Assembly (NCBI GenBank): GCA_963753345.1
Contig: CAVWBU010000026.1
Coordinates: 96,001 to 160,000 of the forward strand
Length of the DNA: 64,000 nucleotides
DNA from: an uncultured Fibrobacterota bacterium
Lineage (GTDB): Bacteria; Fibrobacterota; Chitinivibrionia; Chitinivibrionales; FEN-1185
Reading direction: 5' to 3'
Shown here piece by piece: positions 49,622 through 58,399 of the stretch. The notes under the pieces are model-generated. The model saw only the letters and a list, made by a program, of their open reading frames with translations. It was not told the origin of the DNA and ran no database searches. The first letter of the stretch is position 1. Each line of letters begins with the position of its first letter. The translations under genes and the position numbers were made by a program.

Positions 49622-49867
49622 TCAGAGCTGGGTGCAGAACAACGGGCAGAGTTTCGGCTTTGAGCTGTTGCAGTACTTCTTGTTAATTGAGTTAATGATT
49701 CCCGCGATGGCGTCCTCGGATTCGGTCCGGACCCGTATGGATTTTTTCTGCAGCGTGACCACGGAAACATTCCCCAATGACCCGATCCACTTCAGATCGT
49801 CGTCGGCGAAATTGCTGTTCTCCACGATCTTGAAGGTTCTTGTCTGTGAAGTATGGTTGTAGTACAT
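49622..49867 (-). CDS. Small hypothetical protein (81 aa)
   Basis: ATG after a GGGGA RBS-like sequence, host-like codon usage and a C-terminal C-x7-C-x3-C. Confidence 0.5.
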   Translation of the reverse strand: MYYNHTSQTRTFKIVENSNFADDDLKWIGSLGNVSVVTLQKKSIRVRTESEDAIAGIINSINKKYCNSSKPKLCPLFCTQL

Positions 49868-49997
49868 CGCGTCCCCCGGGACTGTTAAAGGACTTGATTC
49901 GCGATAGGCAGGCTCGTAAGCTAACATACATCGTCGCTGGGGACAAGGCGGGGTATATCGAAAGTTTGATTAAGGCGTCTGAGTTCAAGATGAATAC

Positions 49998-50190
49998 TTG
50001 GGCGTTTCCCTCGCTTCGCTCGGGTCGGCCGTCCTTACGGTCTCGGCCTGCGGCCTCGGGCTGCCTGCCACGAGGGCCCTGCGGGCCGTGTTCAGGCAGC
50101 ACCGCGCTCCATCGCGGCCTTCAGTCCTGCCTAACGCGCGGCAGACGAAATAAATTCTGTCAATTTATTTGTTGCGCCAACTGCATCCGC
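49998..50190 (+). repeat. Intergenic repeat family C copy
   Basis: Direct repeat of 49268-49475. Confidence 0.85.
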
Positions 50191-50244
50191 TTGAAAACTA
50201 CTGTCAACTGCCAACTGTCAACCGTCAACTTGCTTACCTCTTTT

Positions 50245-50435
50245 CTTCTCAACTCCTCAACTTCTCAACCTCTCAACTACTCTTCGTGGGTGCCGCCACA
50301 ACGATGTGTGGTCTAGCATCCATCTTGTCAAGGCGGCCACCCAGGAGGGGGTAGCGCAGGACCGGCGCGCAATTGACAATGAGTGACAAAACAAACGCGC
50401 GCCGGTCCGGAGCGAGGGGGATACATCCCCCGCCA
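50245..50435 (-). repeat. Family B copy with octamer tail
   Basis: Reverse complement gggggatgtatccccctcgctccg..cgctaccccctcctgggtgg..ggcacccacgaagagtagttgagaggttgagaagttgaggagttgagaag. Confidence 0.8.
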
Positions 50436-50463
50436 GATTATTCTTTGCTCTTAGAGTAATTTC

Positions 50464-53286
50464 CTATCTCGCAACAACCAGCCTCTTCACTGGTTGGTAC
50501 GCCCCGTCTATCCCAAATCGCACAAAGTAAACCCCTGCCGAGATTCCTGACGACGCTCTCGAATTGGAAAGCATCACCGGATGCCATCCTTCGGTCTGCA
50601 ACGACGCGGGTACCCACCTCACCACTTTGCCGTTTGCCGCCACAATCTGCAGCGACACCAGCGCCGGCCGCGAGATAAAGTACCGCAGAACACCACCGAC
50701 GAGCGCGGTCTTGAACGACGAAACCGCCAAAGGCGCGGTCGGACGCAGCAGCGTGCCGGTTGAATACACGGGGTCGCTGACCGGATATACGGTGAATGTG
50801 GTCGATGCAGCAGGGTGCGGGAGTCCTGCGCAGTTCCCCGACACCGTAACCACGCCGGGCGTGAACACGGAACGCACCGCGATCTTGCACATGCCGCCTT
50901 CAAACGTGAGCTCGGGGTCCATGGGCGCGTGATAGGTCTTGGGCATGTTCGGATTGACGCGCTGGTCCGAGCCGCCGCGGTAGTTTCCCGGGCCCGAAAC
51001 GCTGAACGTGATGTTGTGGCTGTCAAGCGGGCACCAGTTACCGGCGCTGTCGACCACCGTGGCCAGAATGAACGCCGCGTCGGTGCCGTTGGCTCGTATC
51101 TCGTAGGTGCCGTTGTCCGGCCGCACCAGCGGCGGTTCCACGGTGAGGACCACGTGGTCCGGAGCGCCCGCGGTTATCTTTTGATCGGAGCACACCACTT
51201 TTCCGGTATTGTCAAGACCCTCGGCCCGCAGCGTGCCGGCCTGCCATGCAAGGTCCCAATGGCATTGGAAAGGCATCTGCGTGGCGTTCTGGGTGTGGTC
51301 GTTGTCCGGGCTCACTCCCGCGGCCGGGTTGGGCTTCTGCACGCCCTGGCTCACGCCGTTGATAAGGAGCCTCACGCTGTCGCAGTTGGAGAAGACATTC
51401 ACCCTCACGTTCCCGGACCGGTTCCAGTGGTGCGCAATGGCGATTTCCGGGTGCAGCGAATAGGGGGTCCAGCAGACACGCCACGCGTGATACAGAAATT
51501 TCGGGATGCGGTTGAAATCCAGCATGGAGCAGCCGAACGACCGTTCCTTGGTGTTCGGCATGTCCAGAAAATACCCGTCTTCGCCGGGCGTCTCGGACAT
51601 GTACCATTGCGCAATCCCGAAGCAGTTGTTCGCCTGGCTCTGCACCCATTCCTGCAGGTAATCGGCGATAAAGGCCATCTCGTAATCGTAGCCCCATCTT
51701 GACAAACGGCCATAGTTGCTCCAGTCTTCGGAGCCCCAGGCCGGGTTGTTGGGGAAGTTGTGCTTCACGCCGATTTCGCAGCCCGTGGCCGTGCAGCCGA
51801 GAATGTAACCGTTGGCCGGGCTCGGCGTGCGGTCTGCCTGGACCCGCGTGTGTATGGAGTCCCATTGGTTCGCGAAACCCTGGCATTGCTGGGCAAGTCC
51901 GGTGTTGATGGGCCCATTGCTCACTTCCCAGGCACACACCGACGGGTGGTTCCGGTCGCGGATGATCATTTCGCGGTGAATCTCGGCTTTGAGCGCCGCG
52001 TTGCAGCCGCCGCACGCGCCCTCGTGCTCGCCGCTCGGCTGCACGAGCGCGATGCCGTAGGCGTCGCATGCCGCTACGAACTCCGGGCTGCACGGAGAAT
52101 GGCCCGGCCTCCATAAATTGCCGCCGCATCCGGCAAGGATCTTCGCATCGCGCCACTGCTGCTCTTCGGGGACCGCGGTTCCCAGCGCCGGGTAATCGTA
52201 GCGGGCCGAGGCGCCCCAGAGGAAATGCTTGTGTGCGTTGTAGTAGGGGAAGCTTGGGTCCCACGTGAGCACGCGGATTCCCAGCGGGCTTGTAAACACG
52301 TCGACGGTTGTTCCGCCCACCTTTACAATATGGTAAACCTTGTACATGTAGGGACCGCCGTACACGCTGTTGTTCGGGTACCACAGGTGCGGGCTGGCGA
52401 TGTCGCCGGTCTGGGCGAACGCCGACGCCGTGCCCGCCGCTATGGTCTGCGTTCCGGCAAGCGTGAGCACCACGTTGTTGTTCGCGTCCACCACTTTGGT
52501 GGTGAGCGACACGTCCGCGGCCGCGGCACCGTCGTTGCGCACGTTGGTCTGAATGAACACTGTGGCCGACGCATCGGTGGCGGTCACCGCGGCGCAGTAG
52601 GTTCCCCATTGACTGAGCGTCGAATACAGGTTGAGCGGCACGTGGACCTTGTCGGTGATGTGCATCCACACGGGCCGAAAGAGCCCGCCGTCCGCCTGGC
52701 CGAACCTGAAGATTTCGGAAAAACCGGGATCGGTGTAAAACGTGGCGTTCTTGCTCACCCGCACGGCGAGAACGTTGTCCGCGCCGCCGAACTGAACATG
52801 CGGAGTGACGTCGACCACGAACCCCATGAACCCGGTCACGTGCGTGGCGTTCGGGCTGGTGGAGCTGTTGCCCGGAAGAAACGTGCCGTTGATGTACACC
52901 TGGCATCCCACGTGCGCGCCCTCGATCTCGACGAAGATCTTCCGGTCGGCGTACTGGTTATCCAATGTAAAGTGCTTCCGGTACCAGTTGGTGCCGCCGT
53001 ACGCGTCGCCGTCATTGCCGCCGCTTGCCTCGTTGAGGTAGGTGTCGGTGTCGTTCCAGGTGTAGGGAATGCCCACGGTTTTCCACGAGGAATCGTTGTA
53101 GCTCGTGGCGTGGGGGCCGGTGGCGCCGTTCATGACGGGATCGGACTTAAGAAACCGCCACGGCGTCTCTCCCAGGTTTATCGTGACCCTGTTGCTGGGC
53201 TCGCCCGTGTAAACCTCCGGGTAGCAAACCGTTGCCAGCGCGGCAACGAGAACAATGAGACATGCTGCCGTCCTTTTAAGCACCAT
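50464..53286 (-). CDS. Secreted glycoside hydrolase family 2 (beta-galactosidase-like) with DUF4982-like and CTD-like domains
   Basis: WYRKHF, GGLFRPVW, WRPGH, RDRNHPSV..WE.SN, AHHWN..VFSNCDSVRL.ING and C-tail GVYFVR. Confidence 0.88.
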   Translation of the reverse strand: MVLKRTAACLIVLVAALATVCYPEVYTGEPSNRVTINLGETPWRFLKSDPVMNGATGPHATSYNDSSWKTVGIPYTWNDTDTYLNEASGGNDGDAYGGTNWYRKHFTLDNQYADRKIFVEIEGAHVGCQVYINGTFLPGNSSTSPNATHVTGFMGFVVDVTPHVQFGGADNVLAVRVSKNATFYTDPGFSEIFRFGQADGGLFRPVWMHITDKVHVPLNLYSTLSQWGTYCAAVTATDASATVFIQTNVRNDGAAAADVSLTTKVVDANNNVVLTLAGTQTIAAGTASAFAQTGDIASPHLWYPNNSVYGGPYMYKVYHIVKVGGTTVDVFTSPLGIRVLTWDPSFPYYNAHKHFLWGASARYDYPALGTAVPEEQQWRDAKILAGCGGNLWRPGHSPCSPEFVAACDAYGIALVQPSGEHEGACGGCNAALKAEIHREMIIRDRNHPSVCAWEVSNGPINTGLAQQCQGFANQWDSIHTRVQADRTPSPANGYILGCTATGCEIGVKHNFPNNPAWGSEDWSNYGRLSRWGYDYEMAFIADYLQEWVQSQANNCFGIAQWYMSETPGEDGYFLDMPNTKERSFGCSMLDFNRIPKFLYHAWRVCWTPYSLHPEIAIAHHWNRSGNVRVNVFSNCDSVRLLINGVSQGVQKPNPAAGVSPDNDHTQNATQMPFQCHWDLAWQAGTLRAEGLDNTGKVVCSDQKITAGAPDHVVLTVEPPLVRPDNGTYEIRANGTDAAFILATVVDSAGNWCPLDSHNITFSVSGPGNYRGGSDQRVNPNMPKTYHAPMDPELTFEGGMCKIAVRSVFTPGVVTVSGNCAGLPHPAASTTFTVYPVSDPVYSTGTLLRPTAPLAVSSFKTALVGGVLRYFISRPALVSLQIVAANGKVVRWVPASLQTEGWHPVMLSNSRASSGISAGVYFVRFGIDGAYQPVKRLVVAR

Positions 53287-53436
53287 AGCTCCCCCTTTTC
53301 TCAACCATGATTTGCGGCAATTTGAAGAGAACAACCATAATATATATAAGGAAAGGTGGAATTGCAGGCCAAAGGTAAATCGGGGTCACGGGAGTGAACA
53401 GATGGCAGTATTAATTTGGAAAAAATTGAAAAAAAG

Positions 53437-53700
53437 TTGGGCGTTCCCCCATGTGCGACGCACATGGGGTCGGTCTCCCTCCGGGCTCGGCCGTTCGGCC
53501 TCGTTGCCGGACCGCCCCGATGGCCTTCGGCCGGGGCACCCCTTCGGGTGCTTCCAAGGGTCGTCGGCCGGCACAAGGCAAGCGACATAATTATAAGGCG
53601 CGAAGCGCTATTACCATGCCTTGGGGAACGAAGTGACAATTCGCCCTGGCTCACCCTCCGGTCCACCTAACGCGCGGCAACGGAAATATCATCTGTCAAG
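53437..53700 (+). repeat. Family C copy with long variable arm and the 14-nt module
   Basis: ttgggcgttcccc...cctaacgcgcggca...ctgtcaa ends conserved. Confidence 0.78.
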
Positions 53701-53925
53701 TTGCATAATTCCGTTTCTTGCTGAATTGCATAAAAGTGGAGCACGTGTGGAAGATTTCCGACAAAAAGAAAAGGCGTCTCGTTGTTCGAGGAGAATACGG
53801 GGAAAGGGAAGAATGTGCGGCACTACGGTCTGTAAAGGGACCCTGCTCTTTCCGCTTTGGTGCAATGTTAGAAAATGATTATTTTCCTTACGCGACATAC
53901 TTTTCATGAGGCAATGGTAAGACAG

Positions 53926-55800
53926 ATGATCCGGATTGTTTTTTCACGCACGATAATCGCCGATTGTATTCTTTTCCCCGCCTTTTTCTTATGCGTGCGG
54001 TTCTGGGTCAATCCATCGTTGCTCTATTACTATCCTGGCTTTTTCCTGAACGTCACCGTTGAGACGTACGCTCCGTGGTTCATCACGGGCGCGCCCGCGT
54101 ACCCCGGAAAATTGACGGATCTGATCGTGTCCTTTCTGACGCCTTTTCTCGCCGGTCCGTGGGCGGGCACGGTTGTCATTACCGTAATCGCTTTTGTCAT
54201 GTGCTGGCTTCTCGGCAGGTTTCTCGTCAACATCGGCGCGCACAATGTTCTGGAATTGAAATTTGTTCCCGGCGCGCTCATGCTTATTCAGCTCGGATTG
54301 GTAGTTAACCCGCTGCCGGCCGTTGTTTCGATCATACTCGGAATCGCTTTCGTCCTGCTCTACCAGGTTGCCGGAAGGCTCGCGGCATGGCGGCGTTGGG
54401 TTCTCTTCGTATTTCTCTCTGCCGCGGTTTACGGCCTTGCCATACAATCCTTTGTCGCATTCGTTGTCCTTTGCATTGTTCTTGAAATTGCGGAAAGGCG
54501 AGACTGGCGGTCCGCGTGCGTCCAGGCAGCCATGGCCGTCCTTGTTCCGCTCGTTGTCGGCGGAATATTCTTTCCGCTCTATTCCCCTTTAGACGCTTAT
54601 AACCATCTTGTTCCGAATCTCCCCAAAACCTGGTCTGTTACGGCATGGCTGCCTTTGGTCTTCTGGATTGTTTCTCCATTGATTGCGATCGTCGCCGCCT
54701 TCCACGGCCTTATCGGCCGCGTTGCGGCTGTCCTCAAACGGAAGATTCCCCGGAGCGCTTCAATTGTCCGGCACAGCGCATTGCGGGGGATACTCGCGAG
54801 CGCACTGATTGCGCTTTTCACAAGCGGCGCGGTATGGATGTGCCGCGGCGCCGCTATGCGGTCCCATCCCGGCGTGGTGATACATTATGCCATGCTCACC
54901 CGTAACTGGGACGTCCTGCTTGGCGAAGCGGAAAAAACGCCTCAACGCTTCTTGACGCCGTACCACATCAACGCCGTGGATCGCGCCCTCTATTACAAAG
55001 GCAGACTGCTCGAAGACCTGTTCAAGGTGCCTCAATACCCGAAATCCCTGCTGTTGTTCCCTTTTGCAAGATCAACGGGTCCGACGGAGGGCTTTCAGAA
55101 TTTTATCTGGGGCGGCTGGACATGGTTCGACCTCGGCCTGATCAATGTCGCGGAGCACTGCGCGCTTGAAGCCATCACGGAATGCTATTATCCCCAGGGA
55201 CTCCAGCTTTTGTCAAAGATATATTTTGTCAAGAATATGCCCCAGGCCGGCCGAATGTGCCTCACGGCGCTCGGAAAGGACGGCGGTTACCGGCAGTGGG
55301 CGAAAGCATACGCCGATTCTGTTTGCGCCGGTTCAACCGTGTCGCTCACCCCCGAACTGCGGAATATCCGTGCCATGGCAATCACCACGGAATTCGTTGT
55401 GGCCGATGCGTCCTTGCTTGCGGCCCTCGTGCGGGAAAACCCCGGCAACAGGATGGCTTTTGAATATCTGATTGCGTGGAACCTCATAACGCGGAACGTG
55501 GACAGCCTGGCGAGATATGCCGAACTGTTCCGTGCTTTGAAGTATCCCAAGATTCCTCTTCTTGTGGAGGAGGCGCTGCTTCTCAGAGGAGCCTTCGGGG
55601 GAAACCGGCCGGCGCTTTTCGGCTATACGCCGAGCGAAGAGGCTGAGGCTGCTTTTTCCAGGTTCTTCACCATTTTATTTACAAATCATAACGGAAAGCC
55701 GGATGAAGCGTTCGATGACCTTGCCGAATCGTGCGGGTATTCCTACTTCTTTTATTATACCTACGGCTTTTCAAAAGCGATGACAAATGAAAAAAAATAA
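53926..55800 (+). CDS. DUF6057-like polytopic membrane protein
   Basis: About 10 TM helices, then GRLLEDLF..PQ, LGLINVAEH, NP.NRMAFEYL and YFFYY. Start uncertain (53875-53926). Confidence 0.65.
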   Translation: MIRIVFSRTIIADCILFPAFFLCVRFWVNPSLLYYYPGFFLNVTVETYAPWFITGAPAYPGKLTDLIVSFLTPFLAGPWAGTVVITVIAFVMCWLLGRFLVNIGAHNVLELKFVPGALMLIQLGLVVNPLPAVVSIILGIAFVLLYQVAGRLAAWRRWVLFVFLSAAVYGLAIQSFVAFVVLCIVLEIAERRDWRSACVQAAMAVLVPLVVGGIFFPLYSPLDAYNHLVPNLPKTWSVTAWLPLVFWIVSPLIAIVAAFHGLIGRVAAVLKRKIPRSASIVRHSALRGILASALIALFTSGAVWMCRGAAMRSHPGVVIHYAMLTRNWDVLLGEAEKTPQRFLTPYHINAVDRALYYKGRLLEDLFKVPQYPKSLLLFPFARSTGPTEGFQNFIWGGWTWFDLGLINVAEHCALEAITECYYPQGLQLLSKIYFVKNMPQAGRMCLTALGKDGGYRQWAKAYADSVCAGSTVSLTPELRNIRAMAITTEFVVADASLLAALVRENPGNRMAFEYLIAWNLITRNVDSLARYAELFRALKYPKIPLLVEEALLLRGAFGGNRPALFGYTPSEEAEAAFSRFFTILFTNHNGKPDEAFDDLAESCGYSYFFYYTYGFSKAMTNEKK

Positions 55801-57340
55801 AGCCGCAACGGCGTTCCGGACGGTGGTGCGATACGGATTGCTGTCCCTCGGTGCCCTGGCGCCGCTCTGCACACAGTGCGCCCGCGTCGGGCCGGCGGCC
55901 GATATCCGTGTTGTAAACAGGCTCCCGGATATTTTCCCCTGTTCCCATGGAACGGTCATTCCGCCCAATATCGCCCCGCTTAATTTTGTCATTCAGGAGC
56001 AGGGCGAGCGTTTTCTTGTCGCCTTTTCCGGCCAGGGCGGGAAATGCCTGGCGATTTCGAGCCGGACCCCTTCGATTGCCGTTCCATCCGGGAAATGGAA
56101 GGAAATGCTTTTTCGGGAACGAGGCCGGCGCATCGGCGTTGATGTCTTCTGCCGTGTCAACAAGGTCTGGCAAAAGTACCGGACCGTGTGGGACACCGTC
56201 GCCCTCGACAGCATCGACCGCTTCGTCGCGTATCGGAAGATCCCCGTGTGCGAGTACTGGAAAGCCATGGGGATGTACCAGCGCGACGTGCAGGATTTTT
56301 CCGAGAAGATCGTTTTCCAGAACAAGAGCAACGATGCCTGCTTCAACTGCCACAGCTTTTTGAACAATTCGCCGGCCGGCATGGTCGTGGAGGTTCGCTC
56401 CCCGCTCTTCGGGACGCCGATGATGCTCGGAAGGTTGATAAACAACAAATACGAACTTCGCGCGGTGAACACCAAAACGCCGTATTCATCGGGGAAAGTC
56501 GGATTCACCTGCTGGCACCCTGCCGGGACCATGATCGCTTTCAGCATGAACCGGTTCGAGATGCTGTATTACTCGGCAGGCGCCGAACCCCGGGCCGTCT
56601 TCGACAGGTCGGGGGACGTGGCATTGTACGATATCGCGAAGAATGAAATAAGCAGCAGTCCGGACCTGTCGAGGACGGATCGCATCGAAACCATGCCCGA
56701 ATGGTCCCGCGACGGCCGCTTTCTCTATTTCTGCAGCGCTCCCCAGCTTCCCGAGAATCACTACCGCGACGTGCGGTGCGACCTGATGCGCATCGCGTTT
56801 GATGTGCGGACCAAATCGTGGGGAAGGCTCGATACCGTGGTGACGGCGCAGCAGGCGGGCGGAAGCGTGCTGCAGCCGAGGATGTCCCCGGATGGGCGTT
56901 TTATTCTGGTGAATATCGCGGACTACGGGGATTTTCCCGTTGACAAAGTCGGAACCCGTCTGGGGCTCATCGATGTCAAAACGTCTGCCCTGCGCATATG
57001 CGCGTCTGGCGTGCGCTGGACGGATTCGTGGCACGGCTGGTCGAGCAGCGGCAGATGGATCGTGTTCAACAGCAAAAGACTCAACGGCAGGTTTTCGGCC
57101 GTCTGTTTCAGTTATGTGGACAGCGCCGGCGCGGTGCACAGCCCTTTCGTGCTTCCGCAGAAGGAACCTTCGTTCTACGGGTCTTCGGTTTTTGCCTACA
57201 ATGTGCCGGAATGCCTGACGGCCGCGATCCCGGTTACCATAGGTCAATCAAGGACGGCGCTGGAGGAGTACAGGAAAAATTCCGCGGCGGACGCGGTGAC
57301 CGCCGCCAGCGCGAAACAGGGCACGCGCGACGAATTCTGA
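55787..57340 (+). CDS. TolB/PD40 beta-propeller protein with a single CxxCH motif
   Basis: IPPNIAPLNF, CFNCH, P.WS.DGR, PRMSPDGR and WSSSGRWIVF. Confidence 0.75.
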   Translation: MKKNKAATAFRTVVRYGLLSLGALAPLCTQCARVGPAADIRVVNRLPDIFPCSHGTVIPPNIAPLNFVIQEQGERFLVAFSGQGGKCLAISSRTPSIAVPSGKWKEMLFRERGRRIGVDVFCRVNKVWQKYRTVWDTVALDSIDRFVAYRKIPVCEYWKAMGMYQRDVQDFSEKIVFQNKSNDACFNCHSFLNNSPAGMVVEVRSPLFGTPMMLGRLINNKYELRAVNTKTPYSSGKVGFTCWHPAGTMIAFSMNRFEMLYYSAGAEPRAVFDRSGDVALYDIAKNEISSSPDLSRTDRIETMPEWSRDGRFLYFCSAPQLPENHYRDVRCDLMRIAFDVRTKSWGRLDTVVTAQQAGGSVLQPRMSPDGRFILVNIADYGDFPVDKVGTRLGLIDVKTSALRICASGVRWTDSWHGWSSSGRWIVFNSKRLNGRFSAVCFSYVDSAGAVHSPFVLPQKEPSFYGSSVFAYNVPECLTAAIPVTIGQSRTALEEYRKNSAADAVTAASAKQGTRDEF

Positions 57341-57405
57341 GGCCAGAGTAAATTCCGCGGATATCAATGTTGCTCAATCGGAGGTCGCGAACGATAGTTC
57401 GGGTT

Positions 57406-57852
57406 TTAAGGAGTCGTGTCCAATGGCTGCTCAATTGCAGGAGTGCACCCCACGGCATCCGAGATTTCTGAATGAAGTTGTTTGCACACAACCGAATGTA
57501 TTATCAAATAGAATAGATTAACCGTGTCAACTCGGCCTGATAAGGCTGTAATGGTATCGCCGGCTATGATGGTGTCAACAGTCGCACCTGTATCTTTGTG
57601 AAAAAATGCTCTCATGGTATAACGGCCGGGGGGAACATCGATTGCATAGCCGGCTTGTGAATCTGTTTTCACCATGCTCGTCGGCGGATTTGTAAAAACA
57701 CTTGCTCCTATTATCGGTTGAATTAATGAATCATTCAAGTCCGCAAAAAAAACCTTCCCTTGAATAGTGGCTTTCGGCGTTGGCGCTGTCGAAGTGGTGC
57801 CGCAACCGAACAAGAACAACAGACCGATCACGAGCCAGTTAGAAGTTCTCAT
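57406..57852 (-). CDS. Lipoprotein with carboxypeptidase-regulatory-like domain (paralog 2)
   Basis: Lipobox LFGC and TDS..GY.IDVPPGRYT. Confidence 0.7.
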   Translation of the reverse strand: MRTSNWLVIGLLFLFGCGTTSTAPTPKATIQGKVFFADLNDSLIQPIIGASVFTNPPTSMVKTDSQAGYAIDVPPGRYTMRAFFHKDTGATVDTIIAGDTITALSGRVDTVNLFYLIIHSVVCKQLHSEISDAVGCTPAIEQPLDTTP

Positions 57853-57883
57853 TCTGCCTCCTTATTGGATCCAGCAACCAATG

Positions 57884-58213
57884 TTATGGTATTGCAAAGA
57901 CTAGATTAACAGTATCAACCCTGCCTGCTATTGCTGTAACGGTATCACTAGTTCTACTCAGACCATCATTATCAAACGCTCTAAGTGTATATCGACCAGG
58001 AGGAACATCGATTACATATCTACCTAGTGAATCTGTTTTTACCGTGTCAGTTGACGGATTTGTAAAAACCCATGCATTTATGCTCAAATGAGCGATAATC
58101 CCGGTGTAGGACACTTGCCCTTGAATAACGGCTTTGGTTGTTGGGGCTGTCGAATTGGTGCCGCAGCCGAACAAGAACAATAAACCGATTAGAAGCCAGT
58201 TATAAGTTCTCAT
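57884..58213 (-). CDS. Lipoprotein with carboxypeptidase-regulatory-like domain (paralog 1)
   Basis: Clear paralog of the adjacent gene. GGAGG RBS. Confidence 0.7.
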   Translation of the reverse strand: MRTYNWLLIGLLFLFGCGTNSTAPTTKAVIQGQVSYTGIIAHLSINAWVFTNPSTDTVKTDSLGRYVIDVPPGRYTLRAFDNDGLSRTSDTVTAIAGRVDTVNLVFAIP

Positions 58214-58349
58214 TCTGCCTCCTTTTGATATTTCCTTTTACGACGATGAAGCGCTTACGCGCTTCAAACGCCCATGGCACTTCTATAGTCGGCGGAAGGA
58301 CACGGAAGGTTCAATGTCTCATCTCTATTTGGTTCCCGTGTTTTTGTTG

Positions 58350-58379
58350 TTGACGAAGTGAAAGAAATATGCCTATTTT
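58350..58379 (+). promoter_or_regulatory. Putative promoter of the PIN-GNAT/ASCH locus
   Basis: TTGACG-N18-TATTTT, 20 nt before ATG 58400. Confidence 0.45.
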
Positions 58380-58399
58380 AGATTGTATTGAACCACCTC

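Noticed and set aside
50195-50280. Short 7-8 nt tandem repeats (also 46871-46903 and 49510-49563) as a CRISPR array
   Set aside because: Units are too short, there are no spacers and no cas genes. They are tails of the intergenic repeats.
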